Part shown: piece by piece, positions 61,938 to 64,000 of the stretch
Position numbering within the stretch: position 1 is the first letter of the stretch
How the letters are laid out: each line of letters starts with the position of its first letter
Assembly: GCA_004294095.1 (NCBI GenBank)
Contig: RDZR01000026.1
Span: forward strand, 16,411-80,410
Length of the DNA: 64,000 bases
Direction: 5' to 3'
Source of the DNA: Verrucomicrobiota bacterium
GTDB taxonomy: Bacteria > Verrucomicrobiota > Verrucomicrobiia > Verrucomicrobiales > Akkermansiaceae
Program-made: the position numbers and the translations under genes
Notes under the pieces: model-generated
What the model was told of the DNA's origin: nothing
Seen by the model: only the letters and a program-made list of their open reading frames with translations
The model's database searches: none

Positions 61938-63650
61938 ATGACGGAATTGTTGATCGAACCTGCCCGCCGCAGTGGATGTGCTGACCTTGGTCCTGTGGAG
62001 GAAGTTCTGCGTTCGGCATCGCAGCGCCAGTGCTCACCGATCGAAGATTTGTTAGACTCGAGTTTGATCGATGAGGAAAGTTATTTGCGAGAAATTGCTT
62101 ACGACCTTGGGCTTGAGTGGATTGATGTGATTCCGGTGGCCGAAGTGCCGTTGCCACTGCGCCAAGCGTGTGGCCCGCGGTTGGCACTGCGGCATCGTTT
62201 GTTGCCGATCGAGATCAAAGAAGTGGGTGGTGCCAAGTGCTTAAAATTGGCGACGTTTGATCCGCTCAATCTCATTGCGCGCCAAGCGGCGGCACAAGAA
62301 CTTGAGCTACCCATCGAGTGGTGCATGACCTCGCGCAAGCGCTTACACGAGGCGCTGCGGCGTTTGTATGGAGTTGGCGCGGATACGTTTGAACAAATTT
62401 TGGAAGGTCGTGATTTTGATTACGATCATCTTGATTCAAGAGAAGACGAGGCCAACGTCATCGACCAAGATGATGATGAAGAGGCGAGTGTGGTGAAATT
62501 CGTCAACCAAATCATTCGCGAAGCATTGGATCAGCGGGCGACGGATATTCACGTCGAGCCGTTGAGCACGAACCTCCGGATTCGCTACCGCATCGATGGC
62601 CGCTTAATTGAAATTGCCGTGCCGGAAAACATCAAGGCACTGCAAAGCTCGGTCATCGCACGGCTTAAAATCATGGCGCGTCTGGACATTGCAGAGCGCC
62701 GCGTGCCTCAAGATGGCCGCATCAATTTACAATTCGAAGGTGCCACCATCGACGTCCGGGTGGCAACGGTGCCGACCGTCGAGGGTGAAAGTGTTTCGCT
62801 GCGTTTGCTCAACCAAGAGCGCTTCAACATCGCCAAACTCGGGATGGAGCCGTTTGTGCAGAAAAAAATTGAATCGCTGCTGCACCTATCTAACGGAATT
62901 ATCCTCATCACTGGGCCCACAGGCTCTGGTAAATCCACCAGTCTTTATTCTTTCCTCAGCGAGATCAATCACCCGGAGCGGCGCATCGTCACCGTGGAGG
63001 ATCCGGTGGAAAATAAACTCACCGGCGTCATGCAAATCGCGGTGAAAAATGAAATCGGCCTTACCTTCGCCGCGGCGTTGCGCTCGATCCTGCGGGCCGA
63101 TCCAAACATCGTCATGATCGGGGAAATTCGCGATTTGGAAACAGCGGAAATCGCGATTCGCGCATCACTTACTGGACATTTAGTATTTTCAACACTCCAC
63201 ACCAATGATGCGCTCGGTGGCATCAGCCGCCTCGTCGATATGGGAGTCGAGCCTTTCCTCGTCTCTGCCGCAGTGCGCGCGTTCTTGGCACAGCGCTTGG
63301 TGCGGAAACTTTGCACAAGTTGCAAAACCCCAAGAGTAGTGACCGACCAAGACCGCCGTGATTTCCAAATCCCACTCCATCTCACAGGCCAAGCGTATTC
63401 TCCGGGTAGTTGCGATCGCTGCCGTGGCACGGGATACAGTGGCCGCCTCGCAATTTACGAAGTGATTTTACTAACTCAAGCGATGCAAGAACTCGTCGCC
63501 CATCGTGCGCAGTCCAACGATTTGAAAGCCCAAGCAATACTCGACGGCTACGTCTCGATGCGGGATTACGGTTGGTTCAAAGTGATGAGTGGTGAGACCA
63601 CGATTGAGGAAGTGATTTCGGTGACGACTTCAGACATTGGCGGAATGTAA
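61938..63650 (+). CDS. gspE: GspE/PilB-family type II secretion / type IV pilus assembly ATPase
   Basis: N-terminal T2SSE_N-like domain, 'ASDIH'-like 'RATDIHVEP', Walker A 'GPTGSGKST', 'DPNIVMIGEIRD', and the tetracysteine motif 'CTSC...CDRC'. Confidence 0.88.
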   Translation: MTELLIEPARRSGCADLGPVEEVLRSASQRQCSPIEDLLDSSLIDEESYLREIAYDLGLEWIDVIPVAEVPLPLRQACGPRLALRHRLLPIEIKEVGGAKCLKLATFDPLNLIARQAAAQELELPIEWCMTSRKRLHEALRRLYGVGADTFEQILEGRDFDYDHLDSREDEANVIDQDDDEEASVVKFVNQIIREALDQRATDIHVEPLSTNLRIRYRIDGRLIEIAVPENIKALQSSVIARLKIMARLDIAERRVPQDGRINLQFEGATIDVRVATVPTVEGESVSLRLLNQERFNIAKLGMEPFVQKKIESLLHLSNGIILITGPTGSGKSTSLYSFLSEINHPERRIVTVEDPVENKLTGVMQIAVKNEIGLTFAAALRSILRADPNIVMIGEIRDLETAEIAIRASLTGHLVFSTLHTNDALGGISRLVDMGVEPFLVSAAVRAFLAQRLVRKLCTSCKTPRVVTDQDRRDFQIPLHLTGQAYSPGSCDRCRGTGYSGRLAIYEVILLTQAMQELVAHRAQSNDLKAQAILDGYVSMRDYGWFKVMSGETTIEEVISVTTSDIGGM

Positions 63651-63659
63651 CCTAAGCCC

Positions 63660-64000
63660 ATGCCGATCTTTTCCTACAAAGCTCTATCTGCTCGAGGCGC
63701 CGTTTCTACTGGCGAATTGGACGCGGCGGACCGTCCAGAAGCCTTGCGGGTGTTAGATCGAAAAGGACTGCAACCCGTGCAACTCCGCGAGCAAGCAGCA
63801 CCTAACAAATCCAAGCCTGCTGCCACTTCGATCACGGCTGATGCGAATGACAAGAATGCCATTCCAGATGGGCCAATCAAACTCAAGCGGGCGGAAGTCG
63901 TGCTCTTCACCGAAGAACTTGCCGATATGTTAGGCGCAGGTTTGCAGTTAGAGCCAGCTCTCAAATCAATGGAGATGCGCCAGGAGCTCGGAAATCTCAA
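63660..64000 (+). CDS. gspF: GspF/PilC-family platform protein, N-terminal fragment (runs off the window)
   Basis: The ATG at 63660 is followed by an open frame to the window end: 'MPIFSYKALSARGAVSTGELDAADRPEALRVLDRKGLQPVQL...FTEELADMLGAGLQLEPAL', the typical GspF/PilC N-terminus. The minus-strand track ORF 63674-64000 is its shadow. Confidence 0.8.
   Translation, partial: MPIFSYKALSARGAVSTGELDAADRPEALRVLDRKGLQPVQLREQAAPNKSKPAATSITADANDKNAIPDGPIKLKRAEVVLFTEELADMLGAGLQLEPALKSMEMRQELGNL

Noticed and set aside
63674-64000. Minus-strand 108-aa ORF at the window end
   Set aside because: It is the antisense shadow of the plus-strand GspF/PilC N-terminus that starts at 63660.

Overview
The window looks like a chromosomal segment from a PVC-superphylum, Verrucomicrobiota-like bacterium. 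That placement is an inference from the PSCyt/DUF1553-DUF1501 gene pair and the general gene content. Two ordinary housekeeping stretches flank an accessory island. The left stretch (1-13.4 kb) carries xseA (3' end), an SDR, a peroxiredoxin-like protein, gcvT-gcvH, thiD, TauE, an M50 protease, menH-menB-menA, a transporter and ribE. The right stretch (40.2-64 kb) carries an HK/OmpR pair, vWA, NlpC/P60, a RibD-C-like reductase, an SLC13 permease, a KH protein, dapA, a class-V aminotransferase, a TPR/coiled-coil protein, trxB, an FKBP, DUF1501/DUF1553, purE-purK and gspE-gspF. The island spans about 13.5-39.4 kb (~25 kb), and all ~23 of its ORFs lie on the minus strand, many joined by ATGA overlaps or gaps of 5 nt or less. 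Its edges are marked by a transposase-type HTH fragment, a 3' remnant of an IS630/Tc1-like transposase, and an N-terminally truncated DUF4143 ATPase gene. Island content, in minus-strand order: (i) a module of small TM protein, Zn-ribbon membrane protein, 821-aa HerA/FtsK-like P-loop ATPase and HExxH protein. (ii) A ~16-kb tightly packed array starting at a sodium:solute symporter preceded by a perfect palindromic operator-like site. It continues with an alpha/beta hydrolase, a NifS-type cysteine desulfurase, an unknown 287-aa protein, a 954-aa SAM-methyltransferase fusion, a 243-aa unknown, and an 875-aa receiver + DUF3800-like protein. It ends with two paralogous 'GSGP protein + orphan receiver regulator' pairs separated by a peptide deformylase paralog and an OGFr-like protein. 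(iii) A set of small genes (two are paralogs) separated by a thrice-repeated ~32-nt motif, CGTGAC half-sites/palindromes, and two Shine-Dalgarno-preceded mini-ORFs encoding MGDFG that differ only at synonymous third positions. (iv) A 4-TM protein and an OmpA-domain lipoprotein. No histidine kinase is recognisable in the island despite three canonical receiver domains. I consider this REC-rich array and its repeated leader cassette the best candidate for an undescribed system, with the HerA module as a second candidate. A hexamer, TCTAAC/GTTAGA, is strongly over-represented in both flanks in several reading frames and in intergenic DNA, but is nearly absent from the island. No rRNA, tRNA or CRISPR array was seen.
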